Positions 1 through 10,117 of a stretch of 64,000 nt of DNA are shown in pieces. The notes under the pieces were generated by a model. It was not told the origin of the DNA, made no database searches, and worked only from the letters and a program-made list of their open reading frames with translations. Numbering within the stretch: position 1 is the first letter of the stretch; each line of letters starts with the position of its first letter. This DNA is from Candidatus Gastranaerophilales bacterium HUM_12 (GTDB lineage: Bacteria > Cyanobacteriota > Vampirovibrionia > Gastranaerophilales > Gastranaerophilaceae), in contig DABJ01000027.1 of the NCBI GenBank assembly GCA_002102825.1, positions 36,373 through 100,372 on the forward strand, in the 5' to 3' direction. Made by a program: the position numbers and the translations under genes.

Positions 1-207
1 GCTGGAGCATCTCTTGAGCTTGGTGATTATTATATGTTAAGACGTGATGTTGAGGGTGCTTATAGGTATTTTATTTTAGCATATAATGTTGCAAAAAAAT
101 CATTTACCAAGGATAATTTAAATAAGATTCAATCAAGGATTGATGATATTAAGCATCGTTTAAATGAACAAGATTTTAAAAAATTGCAGGAAAAATATGG
201 AAAATAA
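1..207 (+). CDS. C-terminal fragment of a CDS cut by the window edge (helical-repeat, TPR/Sel1-like tail)
   Basis: Frame 1 is open from base 1 to TAA at 205-207 (...LELGDYYMLRRDVEGAYRYFILAYNVAKK...KLQEKYGK*). Absent from the ORF track because the start lies outside the window. Confidence 0.4.
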   Translation, partial: AGASLELGDYYMLRRDVEGAYRYFILAYNVAKKSFTKDNLNKIQSRIDDIKHRLNEQDFKKLQEKYGK

Positions 208-787
208 AGAATTTTATAACGATTATATGAAAATATTTTTGGAAGAAAATTCTAAAGTGAATTTGATTTCGAAAAATGATGAAAAATATTTGTGGGAAAA
301 ACATATTTTTGATTCTCTGGCTTTAGAGAAGTTTTTTGATAAATACGAAAAACCGAAAACGATGCTTGATATAGGTACAGGTGGAGGTTTCCCTGCCTTA
401 CCTGTTTCGTTGACATATCCTGAAATCAAGGTTACGGCAATTGATAGTATTGCAAAGAAAATTCGAGCTGTACAATCAATGAAAGACAAATTGGGCTTGA
501 AAAATCTAGTAGCAGTCTGTGATAGAGTTGAAAATACAGATGGTAAGTTTGATTTGGTTACTTCACGTGCGGTATCTTCATTAAAAAATATTTGTGAATA
601 TGCACTCCCAAAGCTCTACAAAGGGGGCTATTTTGTTGCATATAAATCTCGCAAAACTCCGGAAGAAATTGAGGAAGCGAAAAATATTTTAAAGAAGTAT
701 AATTCAAAGATTGTAGATATTATTGAATATGATTTGCCACTTGGTGAAAAAATTACACGTAACTTGATAGTTATTAAACACTTGTAA
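164..787 (+). CDS. rsmG: 16S rRNA (guanine527-N7)-methyltransferase RsmG/GidB
   Basis: SAM-binding DIGTGGGFPALP motif, HIFDSL block and ~200 aa size typical of RsmG. The true start may be the ATG at 197, which overlaps the upstream stop. Confidence 0.85.
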   Translation: MNKILKNCRKNMENKEFYNDYMKIFLEENSKVNLISKNDEKYLWEKHIFDSLALEKFFDKYEKPKTMLDIGTGGGFPALPVSLTYPEIKVTAIDSIAKKIRAVQSMKDKLGLKNLVAVCDRVENTDGKFDLVTSRAVSSLKNICEYALPKLYKGGYFVAYKSRKTPEEIEEAKNILKKYNSKIVDIIEYDLPLGEKITRNLIVIKHL

Positions 788-863
788 TATTCATTTATTT
801 TTCATTGAAAACGAAGTGTGTTCTTAGTACGATATACTCAACAAAGGGGTATATGTTTTAATT

Positions 864-1280
864 ATGACTATTTTGAATGATGTTTTCACTGTCCATACAA
901 AAGGACATACTGATATAATTGATATTACACCACAAATTAGAAATGTTGTGTATAATCATGTTTTGCAGAATGCAGTTGTATATGTTTATGCACAAGGTAG
1001 TACAGTTTCTATTACAAATATTGAATTTGAACCTGGTTTGTTGGTTGATTTGCCCGAAGCATTGGAGAGAATAGCACCTGTTGATGCGACTTATCATCAT
1101 GATGAAATGTGGCACGACGGTAATGGATATGCCCATGTTAGAGCCTCAATTGTTGGAAATTCTACTCATATACCTTTGATTGATGGAGTTTTACAACTTG
1201 GTCAGTGGCAACAAGTTGTGTTGATTGATTTTGATAACAAGGCTCGAGCAAGAAAAGTTAATGTACAAATTGTGTACTAA
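864..1280 (+). CDS. YjbQ/UPF0047 family protein (secondary thiamine-phosphate synthase-like)
   Basis: 138 aa; HHDEMWHDGNGYAHVRA and LGQWQQVVLIDFD blocks characteristic of the YjbQ family. Confidence 0.75.
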   Translation: MTILNDVFTVHTKGHTDIIDITPQIRNVVYNHVLQNAVVYVYAQGSTVSITNIEFEPGLLVDLPEALERIAPVDATYHHDEMWHDGNGYAHVRASIVGNSTHIPLIDGVLQLGQWQQVVLIDFDNKARARKVNVQIVY

Positions 1281-1358
1281 TTTATAACTTGTTTTATTAA
1301 AAAAGTAAATTAGCAAAAATTATTTTTACCTGTTTTTAAATTCGTAAAAGGAGTTTTT

Positions 1359-1784
1359 ATGGATTTAGTAAAAAATAATTTGAGTATAAATTTTGGGACA
1401 AAGTTATCGCCTGTTTTGCAGGAAAAACTTACTGAGTGTTTGAATAACAAGGAAACTCGCCGAGAGTTGAAGGTTGGGCTTATTAAAAAAATTGATGACA
1501 TTTTGCAATTTGGCAGTGATGAGTTTATGCTTTCTATTAATAAAGATGCAGAAACAGGTAAAGATTTACTGGTTCTAAAACATATAGATCCGAATGTCGG
1601 TGGTTCAAGGCTTGTTAAAAGAAATAAGAAAAATAATATTTTTTCTGTTTTTCTCTCATTGACTGAGCGAGATATTTTGATGACTGAAAAGATTTTCAAT
1701 AAAAAAGATAGACGAGATTTTAAAATAAAAGAATTGTTACCTCATGTTCAATGGCTAAAAGATCATAACTTTTTGAGCCCCTGA
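1359..1784 (+). CDS. hypothetical protein (N-terminus carries LSINFGT tag)
   Basis: 141-aa ORF with AAAGGAG ribosome-binding site 5 nt upstream; no family recognised. Confidence 0.5.
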   Translation: MDLVKNNLSINFGTKLSPVLQEKLTECLNNKETRRELKVGLIKKIDDILQFGSDEFMLSINKDAETGKDLLVLKHIDPNVGGSRLVKRNKKNNIFSVFLSLTERDILMTEKIFNKKDRRDFKIKELLPHVQWLKDHNFLSP

Positions 1785-1802
1785 AACAAAATTAACAAAA
1801 TT

Positions 1803-4196
1803 TTATATATCAAGTCCTGTGAACATTTCAAGTGAAGTTACGTTTTTGAGCATTGGAAAGTCATCAATATTATAGTTTTTAACAAAATCTATTGCTTCGT
1901 TTCTCGCTATTTCAAGAATTTTTGCATCTCTTACAATATCAGAAATTATCAAATCCGGTAAACCGGATTGTCTCGTTCCTAAAAATTCCCCTGGGCCTCG
2001 TAATTGCAAATCTTTTTCAGCTATGACAAAACCGTCATTTGTTTCGGTCATAATTCCTAATCGTTCTAGAGTTTCTTGAGAACGGGAAGAAGTGATTAAT
2101 ACGCAATATGATTGTAATGAACTTCTTCCAACACGTCCACGTAATTGGTGAAGTTGTGAAAGTCCAAATCGTTCGGCATTTTCAATGACCATTACTGTTG
2201 CATTTGGAACATCTACCCCAACTTCTACAACTGTTGTTGACACCAAAATATCATATTTCCCGTCTTTAAAGTCTTTCATTACTTCTTCTTTTTCGTCATT
2301 TTTAAGTTTCCCGTGTAATAATCCGATTTTGAATTGAGGAAAAATTTCTTGTTGCAGTTTTTCGGCTTCAATTGTGGCTGCTTTAGCCGAAAGTGTTTCA
2401 CTTTCATCAATCAACGGATAAACAATATAAGCTTGTCTGCCTGATTCAACTTCTTGTTTAATCAAATCCCAAACCTGTCTATGCGAGCCTGTAAGGATTG
2501 TTTTGATTGGTTTTCTACCTTTTGGCAGTTCATTTATTACCGTCAAATCTAAATCCCCATGAACGGTAAGTGCTAATGTTCTTGGAATTGGAGTTGCTGT
2601 CATAGTAAGCATTTGCGGATTTTGTGATTTTCTCTTTAAGATGTTTCTTTGTTTAACTCCGAATCTGTGTTGCTCGTCGACAACAATTGCGCCAAGATTG
2701 TTGAAATCTACATTCTCTTGAATAAGAGCATGAGTTCCGACAGCGATATTCATTTGACCGTTTTTCAAATCTGTTTCGAATTTTTGTCGAACTTTTTTCC
2801 CATGGCTTCCTAAAAATAGCCCGACACTTAAACCTAGTGGGGTTAACCATTGAACGAGGTTGTTGTAGTGTTGTTGAGCCAAAATTTCTGTTGGTGCCAT
2901 CAAAGCTCCTTGATATCCGTTTTCAACGGCCGCAAGTAACATAATCGTTGCAACGACGGTTTTTCCGCTACCAACGTCACCTTGCAAAAGTCTTTGCATT
3001 GGAGCATCAGAATTCATATCTTGCAAGATTTCATTAACTGCTTGTTTTTGTCCGGAAGTCAATTCAAACGGTAATCCTGCAATGAACTTTTGCACTAGTC
3101 CGTCTTTATGAACTTGTAAGTTGTATGCAGAAGTTGTTTTTGCGGTGTTCTCTCGAAGTCTGATAAGTTTTAATTGGATTAAAAACAGTTCTTCAAAGAT
3201 TAGTGAAAATCTGGCATGTTCCAGATCATTCATTGTTTCAGGAAAGTGAATTTGTTTAACGGCATCTTTTTTGTTCATAATGCCAAGTCTTTCCCTAATA
3301 AAATCCGGCACTATATTTTTAATATCATTTTTGTAAAGTTCAATTGCGTTGAAAATTGCTTTGCGTAATGTCTTGATGCTCAAATCTTCACAAATGGTAT
3401 AAATCGGAACAATTCTTGCGATATTTAAGTTTGAATTTGCATCTTCTTTGAATTCTCCTGTCATAATTGAGTATGTCGGTTTATCCATTGTAAGTTGACC
3501 TGAATAGTTGTTCATTTTTACAACTCCGGACACCATAATACCTGCATTTTGTGGAAATTGAGTTTTCATTCTTTGAAGTAAATAGCGGTTTCCTTTTGCA
3601 TTGAAAAAGCTGAGTTCGAATCTTCCGCTTTCATCTCCGATAACAACTCTTGTGACTGATAAATTATTCCTTGTGTTGAATGATGAAACTGATTTTATAA
3701 ATCCGAAAACTGTTGTTGTTTGTCCCTCTTTCAAATCTCTGATTAAAGTTCTGGAAGAATAATCAATGTGTTTTTTCGGAAAATACATCATCAAATCTTG
3801 AGCTGTAAATATTCCTAATTTATTTAATTTATATGCAACTTTTGGACCAACACCTTTGATATACATAACATCAACTTCTGACGGGTGTTTAGTGCGTTGG
3901 ATTTGTCTTTCTTTTTCTTCCTGTTGCTCTTGGTTTTGCGTTTGAATATCCGCTCTTATTACTCTGATTAAGTGTTCAATTGCCTTTCTTCTCTCTGTGA
4001 TAGAAGCATAAGGATAGTGTTCAAAAGATTCAATTACGACTTCCCAGCGTGGATTTTTTTTAGATAGTTTGTAATTTTTTTGAGCTTCTTTTTTAATGAA
4101 ACTTGAAAATTTTTGCGTTTTACCATGGATATCAATGTAACGATATTTTATTTCAATATCAATAGCAGCTTTAATTTTTTCAAGATTTTCAACCAT
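1803..4196 (-). CDS. recG: ATP-dependent DNA helicase RecG
   Basis: Walker A GDVGSGKTVVA, VVDEQHRFG box and QLRGRVGRS motif VI, with wedge/OB region upstream of the helicase core. About 100 aa N-terminal extension relative to typical RecG. Confidence 0.9.
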   Translation of the reverse strand: MVENLEKIKAAIDIEIKYRYIDIHGKTQKFSSFIKKEAQKNYKLSKKNPRWEVVIESFEHYPYASITERRKAIEHLIRVIRADIQTQNQEQQEEKERQIQRTKHPSEVDVMYIKGVGPKVAYKLNKLGIFTAQDLMMYFPKKHIDYSSRTLIRDLKEGQTTTVFGFIKSVSSFNTRNNLSVTRVVIGDESGRFELSFFNAKGNRYLLQRMKTQFPQNAGIMVSGVVKMNNYSGQLTMDKPTYSIMTGEFKEDANSNLNIARIVPIYTICEDLSIKTLRKAIFNAIELYKNDIKNIVPDFIRERLGIMNKKDAVKQIHFPETMNDLEHARFSLIFEELFLIQLKLIRLRENTAKTTSAYNLQVHKDGLVQKFIAGLPFELTSGQKQAVNEILQDMNSDAPMQRLLQGDVGSGKTVVATIMLLAAVENGYQGALMAPTEILAQQHYNNLVQWLTPLGLSVGLFLGSHGKKVRQKFETDLKNGQMNIAVGTHALIQENVDFNNLGAIVVDEQHRFGVKQRNILKRKSQNPQMLTMTATPIPRTLALTVHGDLDLTVINELPKGRKPIKTILTGSHRQVWDLIKQEVESGRQAYIVYPLIDESETLSAKAATIEAEKLQQEIFPQFKIGLLHGKLKNDEKEEVMKDFKDGKYDILVSTTVVEVGVDVPNATVMVIENAERFGLSQLHQLRGRVGRSSLQSYCVLITSSRSQETLERLGIMTETNDGFVIAEKDLQLRGPGEFLGTRQSGLPDLIISDIVRDAKILEIARNEAIDFVKNYNIDDFPMLKNVTSLEMFTGLDI

Positions 4197-4286
4197 AGTT
4201 TTGATTTTACATCAAGAATATGTTGAATACAATTTTAATATTAAGGAACAAGGTAATATTTTCTTTATTCTTATTAATTATGTGAT

Positions 4287-5219
4287 TTATAATTTTTTAT
4301 CAATTATGTGTTGAAGATTGTTTGTTAATTTTGCAACAGTAGTTTTAGGTAAAGTTGCAATTGTATTATAATAGCCGTAATCTGTCGGTTTTTCCATTTT
4401 CCCATTTGTACTAACTTTATAATCAAATGCAATGTCGTTTATATTAACTCCAGGGGTGTTGTAAGAAAATGATGTAACTTTTCCTTTGTCATTGACATTT
4501 ACATAAATTTCAGCTTGAATTGCTCCCTGACATTTATTTCCCTCACGTTTTGAGATGATTAATGCTGAGGGTTTTCCGTCGTAAGAATAATTCTTTTCAT
4601 AGAAGAACTTATTTTCAGCATTTTTACCTGCAGTTGTTTTTGTCCAGTAGTCGATTCCGGCTTTCCCATGTGCAAGATATAGTTTGGGTGGAATCTTTTT
4701 AATTTGATTTTGTTTATAAATCATTTTTTCTGTATAGTTAACTCTACTATTTGGGTGAGTCAGTATTTTATTTATTTCTTTTGATGTTTGCAGATAATTT
4801 ATTCCTGTTAATGGTGTGATGTGTTTCTTTGCTATTTGTGGTTTTGTTGTATTTTTAGACGCAGAAGTTTTTGAATTGATTGGGGTTTGTTTTGTTGTTT
4901 TTGCTGTATTTGTTTTGGGTTGAGCTTTAGCTATTTTACTATTATTGTTATTTGGTATATAAAGGACTTCATTGACTTTTAAATTGTTCATTGCTTTGAT
5001 TGTTGATTTTTTGTTTAATTTTGCAATTTCATACATGAAGTTTGATATTTCAGATTTTTTAGCATTATTTTTTTGAATATGAGTTTTTGCAATGTTCCAA
5101 AGGTTATCTCCTTTGACAACTCTGTATTTTTTTTTGCCCTTTTCGTTTGGTTTTGCCGCATTATATTGCGCTGTAGCATAACTACCAGTTTTACTATTTT
5201 TCGAAATAGGTGAAACCAT
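4287..5219 (-). CDS. LysM domain-containing protein, otherwise uncharacterised
   Basis: YRVVKGDNLWNIAKTH...VNEVLYIP matches a LysM repeat. This is followed by a low-complexity K/T/N linker and an unknown C-terminal domain. Confidence 0.6.
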   Translation of the reverse strand: MVSPISKNSKTGSYATAQYNAAKPNEKGKKKYRVVKGDNLWNIAKTHIQKNNAKKSEISNFMYEIAKLNKKSTIKAMNNLKVNEVLYIPNNNNSKIAKAQPKTNTAKTTKQTPINSKTSASKNTTKPQIAKKHITPLTGINYLQTSKEINKILTHPNSRVNYTEKMIYKQNQIKKIPPKLYLAHGKAGIDYWTKTTAGKNAENKFFYEKNYSYDGKPSALIISKREGNKCQGAIQAEIYVNVNDKGKVTSFSYNTPGVNINDIAFDYKVSTNGKMEKPTDYGYYNTIATLPKTTVAKLTNNLQHIIDKKL

Positions 5220-5327
5220 AAAAATCCTCCAAAATATATTCTAAATTTTCCCCGTACTGTATTAAAAATAGTTTTAATGGAAAAATTGATTAATTTAGAA
5301 AAAAAATGTTAAAATTTTTAATATTTT

Positions 5328-6401
5328 TTAAAATAAATTTTGTTGGACTGAGTTATTTCGTTTTGTCAGATAGCCTAAGTGCCTATAAGTAGCAGGAGAA
5401 ACTTTTCTCCCTCGAGGTGTTCTTTGGAGTAATCCTACTTGTAACAAAAATGGCTCGCAAACATCTTCAATTGTTCGAACATCTTCACCAATTGCGGCTG
5501 CAATTGTTTCAATTCCAACAGGTCCTCCATCGTATTTTTCGATGATAAGCTTTAAAAGATTTCTATCTGTTGTATCTAAACCGAACTCATCAATTTTTAG
5601 AATATCCAGAGATTGATTTGCTATATCTTCTGTAATTTTCCCATCATGTTTAACTAGTGCGTAATCACTTACTCTTTTAATAAGTCTATTTGCAATACGA
5701 GGAGTTCCACGAGAACGTCTTGCGATTGCAAGCGCACCTCTGTCATCAATTTCAATATCTAAAATTCCTGCCGTTCTTTTGATTACCTGTGCAAGTTCTT
5801 CGTTTGTATAGAATTCCAATCGGTGAATAATACCAAATCTATCTCTCAAAGGTCCGGAGAGTTCGCCGGCTTTTGTAGTTGCCCCGATTAGTGTAAATTT
5901 TGGCAATGGAACTCTCAAAGTCTTTACAGTTTGGCTTTTCCCTGTTGTCATATCAAGATAAAAATCTTCCATTGCAGGATATAAAATTTCTTCTGCAACT
6001 TTATTAAGTCTGTGGATTTCATCAATAAATAAAATTTCTCCACCTTGGAGGGACATTAAAATTCCGATTATATCTCTTGGTCTTTCTAGAGCCGGAGCTG
6101 ATGTAATTTTTATATCTACACCCATTTCTTGAGCAATTACTCCTGCAAGTGTTGTTTTACCAAGCCCCGGTGGTCCGTAAAATAGCAAATGGTCAAGTGG
6201 TTGTTCTCTTTTCTTTGCTGCTTGAATTGTAATTTTTAGGGTATCTTTTAGTGCTGATTGTCCAATATAAGTGTCAAAAGATTTTGGTCTTATGCAATTT
6301 TCAAAATTTTTATCGCAATCAATTGCTTCCGGTTTTACTACCGGATTTTTCTTTTGTTCTTTCTTGTATTCAAAATCGTTATCGTCTGCGATAATGCTCA
6401 T
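5328..6401 (-). CDS. ruvB: Holliday junction branch migration helicase RuvB
   Basis: [11 protein letters not shown]alker [10 protein letters not shown] Walker B, and C-terminal winged helix ending LLQRTPRGR. Confidence 0.95.
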   Translation of the reverse strand: MSIIADDNDFEYKKEQKKNPVVKPEAIDCDKNFENCIRPKSFDTYIGQSALKDTLKITIQAAKKREQPLDHLLFYGPPGLGKTTLAGVIAQEMGVDIKITSAPALERPRDIIGILMSLQGGEILFIDEIHRLNKVAEEILYPAMEDFYLDMTTGKSQTVKTLRVPLPKFTLIGATTKAGELSGPLRDRFGIIHRLEFYTNEELAQVIKRTAGILDIEIDDRGALAIARRSRGTPRIANRLIKRVSDYALVKHDGKITEDIANQSLDILKIDEFGLDTTDRNLLKLIIEKYDGGPVGIETIAAAIGEDVRTIEDVCEPFLLQVGLLQRTPRGRKVSPATYRHLGYLTKRNNSVQQNLF

Positions 6402-6515
6402 TGCAAAAATTTCCTCTTTGTATAAATAATATCACAAATTTTACCTTTTGAAAAATGGTGAATATCATCTGTTTGAATTAGTTTAAAATGACCTTACTAT
6501 GTTATAATTTTTAAT

Positions 6516-9500
6516 ATGGAATGTCCTAAATGCGGTGCAGAAATTGATAAAAATGCGATGGTGTGTCCTAATTGCAAAAAGGTGCTAAAAATAGTTTGTC
6601 CTGTTTGCAGAACGGTTAACACCAAAAATGTTTGTCGAAAATGTGGTGAAATTCTTGTCACAAAATGTTCCAGATGTGGAAAAATCAATCAAACTAAAAA
6701 TAAAAAATGTGTCAAATGTGGTTTCTCTACAGAGATTAGTGCTGTTCAATCCGAGTCTAATTTAGATACTTTTGCTCTGGTTAGAATAGATTTTCCAAAT
6801 AGTGACCTTGTAAAATCCGCTTTAGGTTCAAATAAATTATTTACAAAATTCCGTTCAAATTTTGACAATATGATTTTGAACAGTTTAAAAGAATTCAAGG
6901 TTAGACGACAAATTATAAATAATGATATTTATATAATAAGATTTAATAAGGATTATACATTGTCCTCTTCTTCAGCATCTGCAATGAAAGCTGTTACTGA
7001 ATTGGTAAATCTTATTACCAGAATAAATGTTAGACTTTTAAAGAAAAAAAATGTTGGTTTAAAGTGTAATTTTACCATAATGAAACGTGATGCGGATAAA
7101 AATCCTTATGATATAGATTCAGGATTTCAAGCAAATATGGTTTCGCAGGGTTCGGCTTTAAAAGAGATGAAAGCCCTTGATTTGTTTCAGGTAATGACAG
7201 ATGAAGATTTGTATGATTTGTACAAAGATAATTACAAATTAGAGGCTCTTAATTCTGCATTAGTTGATGGTAAAATGAAAAGATTTTATGAAATTGATGC
7301 AAAACCGCTTGTAAAGATGTCCGAAATCCTTGAAGGAGAAGCTGCAAAAGATAGAGATGCCGAAGAAATTGAAGTTCCTAATTTTGTTCAATCAATGATG
7401 AATGAGCAAGAAGAAATTACTAAGAAAACTTTAGATGATGAAAATTTAATTTCTGATGATGAGTTGTATGATGGAGAGATGATTAATTTTCAAGAAATTA
7501 ATTGTGTCTTTTATAAAACTGAAAGTGCAGCAGTACTTGATAATATTGCAACTGTTCTGCAAGATGTACCTAAAGGAATTATTGCTATAAAAGCTTCTGA
7601 AATTTATCAGCCATACACATTGAAATTGTTGTCTGTTGTTGATGAAACCGGAATTTATCAAAATATTATTCCAATTACTTGCAGTGATGATATGAAATAT
7701 TCTCCTTATGCATTTTTTAGAGAATTGATATCTTCTGTTTTTCAGTACACTGTTTCTCAACAGTTGTTTAGCTCAAATAGTTTTTCAGCTTTTGCCGGAA
7801 TAAATTCTTCTGATATGGTAAAAGATTTGATTAGTCTTACCCAAAGACCAATGGAAAATCTTGAAGATACAAGAGATAAATACTTCCAGGTCTTTCTGGA
7901 TTTGTTACAATCTATTCCGGAAAGTTTAATCTATATTGAGAACTTTGAAAAAATTGATTCAAGTTCAATGTATATTTTGGAACAACTGTTTGATAATTTT
8001 GACGAGTTGAATATTAGTTATTTAATTTCGTATGGCAAAGAATATTCATTACACAAAAATTGTCATTTCTTATTATCAAGACCTTATTATACGGAAATAA
8101 CACTCAAACCAACCCCGTTTGAAGATATTATTGCTGCGGATATGGCGTTTTACAAAAATATCATGGACGATTTCTACTTTCAAAGAATTGCGAAATATGC
8201 TTGTGGAAGTACGTTGTTCCTTGATTTTGCTATTCAATATCTTGTTGAGTCAGGTGTTTATTCTTATACCGAATACTCAATTGTAATGGTTAATCCGAAA
8301 ACAATAATTATTCCGTCAAGTTTATCTCAATTGATTAAAAGAAGATTGAACTTGTTGAAAGATGATGAAAGAGCGATAAAATTCCTTGCAATGGCGGTTC
8401 TTTTAGGTACAAGAGTTGATGTTAAAACTCTTGAAGCTCTTGGTTTTGCAAATTGGCGTCCAATTGCCGATAAACTTGCCGGCATGGGATATTTGTATTT
8501 TTATAATGATTGTATGTATTTTTCAAATTACAATTTGTTGAGAAAAAATATTTTGGAAGTTCTGTCAGAAGAAAAAATTCAAATATTAGCCAAAGATTTA
8601 TTTAATTTGGTATTTGTTGAAGATATGCCAAGTCCTGTCAAAGCATTTTTATATGGGTATTTTGAAGATAAAGAAAAAGTTATTTTCGAATGGGAAAAAT
8701 TGGCAAATATAAATCTTTCAATGGGCGATTTTTCAGCATATTTGAATTGCTCAGGTGAAATTATTAATTCCTTAGACAAGTATTCAGACACTTGGTCTGC
8801 TGCGGACTTGGAACAATATAAGGCCTCTATTTATGACAATATTTCAAATAATATGTTTGAATATGACCCTGAAAAAACTCGTGATATCGCAGAAAAGACT
8901 TTAATAAGTCTTCAAAGAACAGGAAATGTTACCGGTTTTGTATCGTTGTGTACAAAAATGGTACAAGGTTCCTTGCTGCACGGAGATTATATGTATGCAC
9001 TAGGGCTTACACACAAGGTCTTATCTGCAATGGACGGAGTTTCTATTGATCCCGCTGCAGAAAATTTTGATTTGAACTATTTAGTTATGTCGATGATTCA
9101 TGTCAAAATTCTTTTCAATACAGGAGCGTATGATGATTGTTTAGATATTGGGTACAATGTTTTGAATGTTTTGGATTCTTCAAAAATTGATAATATTCGT
9201 TATGTTGGCATTTCAAAAGAGGAATTCAAGTTGATACTTGTTGAATGTATTGCAGATATTGCTCTTGTTGATGTTATTTCATTGAAAGAAGATGTAAATG
9301 AATTTTTGGATATTTCGAATAAATTATTCAATTTTATTCCAAAAGAATTTGCAATATTTTCACAATTACAAAATCTTATTAAAGGACAAAAAGTTTTACT
9401 TACTCCTAATTTAAAAGGCGATAATGTTTTCCCAAATATTATTTATCATTTGATAAATGCATTTGTTTCGCACAAAAATGATGCTGTTGCTTTTGCTCAA

Positions 9501-10094
9501 GAAGTTTATAAAGCAAAACTGTTAGCGAAAGCAATGTACCTGTTCAAGTTTGAATTGTTTGCTGATGTATTGATTGCTTATTCTTATATTCAGTTGAATT
9601 CATTTAGAAAAGCCAATACTATGTGCTACAAAATTATAAAAACTGCTGAAGAAAAAGGAATGGTTTCTATTGTTCATTTAACTTGGTATATTTTAAGTAT
9701 TTTGAATATTAAACAAGGTAAATACGATATTGCTTATGGTATTTTAAATAATTCAAACATTCAAATGGAAAAAATTGGTGGTATTAGCGAATATTTAACA
9801 ATGTTAAATAAATTTAATATGTACAAAGTTTTGATGTGTACTCAAGCTAAAGATAAAGCAGAGATTTGCTTGAATCAAGCAACCGATATTGTACAAAAAT
9901 ATGAACTTAATTTTAACTTAAATGTTGACATCAGAGAACTTATGTCCGAGAATTCAAATAGATACGTTCAGCCGGTGAATAATCCGTTACATAGTCCGGT
10001 TGAAGAGAATGAAAGTACAAGAGAGCCAGTAGAGAATGATTCTGATGTTGACGGTGAAGTCGTTAATCCTGAAGATTTCTTCTCTGATAATTAA
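6516..10094 (+). CDS. large multidomain protein: tandem zinc ribbons, cyclase-homology-like region, AAA_16/STAND-like region, helical/TPR-like C-terminus
   Basis: The N-terminus has at least four CxxC pairs (CPKCG, CPNC, CPVC, CRKCG, CSRCG, CVKCG). FALVRIDFPNSD...IYIIRFN resembles a class III cyclase core. IYIENFEKIDSSSMYILEQLF resembles the Walker B/sensor block of AAA_16 proteins, but no GKS/T Walker A was seen. Confidence 0.55.
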   Translation: MECPKCGAEIDKNAMVCPNCKKVLKIVCPVCRTVNTKNVCRKCGEILVTKCSRCGKINQTKNKKCVKCGFSTEISAVQSESNLDTFALVRIDFPNSDLVKSALGSNKLFTKFRSNFDNMILNSLKEFKVRRQIINNDIYIIRFNKDYTLSSSSASAMKAVTELVNLITRINVRLLKKKNVGLKCNFTIMKRDADKNPYDIDSGFQANMVSQGSALKEMKALDLFQVMTDEDLYDLYKDNYKLEALNSALVDGKMKRFYEIDAKPLVKMSEILEGEAAKDRDAEEIEVPNFVQSMMNEQEEITKKTLDDENLISDDELYDGEMINFQEINCVFYKTESAAVLDNIATVLQDVPKGIIAIKASEIYQPYTLKLLSVVDETGIYQNIIPITCSDDMKYSPYAFFRELISSVFQYTVSQQLFSSNSFSAFAGINSSDMVKDLISLTQRPMENLEDTRDKYFQVFLDLLQSIPESLIYIENFEKIDSSSMYILEQLFDNFDELNISYLISYGKEYSLHKNCHFLLSRPYYTEITLKPTPFEDIIAADMAFYKNIMDDFYFQRIAKYACGSTLFLDFAIQYLVESGVYSYTEYSIVMVNPKTIIIPSSLSQLIKRRLNLLKDDERAIKFLAMAVLLGTRVDVKTLEALGFANWRPIADKLAGMGYLYFYNDCMYFSNYNLLRKNILEVLSEEKIQILAKDLFNLVFVEDMPSPVKAFLYGYFEDKEKVIFEWEKLANINLSMGDFSAYLNCSGEIINSLDKYSDTWSAADLEQYKASIYDNISNNMFEYDPEKTRDIAEKTLISLQRTGNVTGFVSLCTKMVQGSLLHGDYMYALGLTHKVLSAMDGVSIDPAAENFDLNYLVMSMIHVKILFNTGAYDDCLDIGYNVLNVLDSSKIDNIRYVGISKEEFKLILVECIADIALVDVISLKEDVNEFLDISNKLFNFIPKEFAIFSQLQNLIKGQKVLLTPNLKGDNVFPNIIYHLINAFVSHKNDAVAFAQEVYKAKLLAKAMYLFKFELFADVLIAYSYIQLNSFRKANTMCYKIIKTAEEKGMVSIVHLTWYILSILNIKQGKYDIAYGILNNSNIQMEKIGGISEYLTMLNKFNMYKVLMCTQAKDKAEICLNQATDIVQKYELNFNLNVDIRELMSENSNRYVQPVNNPLHSPVEENESTREPVENDSDVDGEVVNPEDFFSDN

Positions 10095-10117
10095 TAGGGT
10101 TCAGAAAGAGAGGAATA

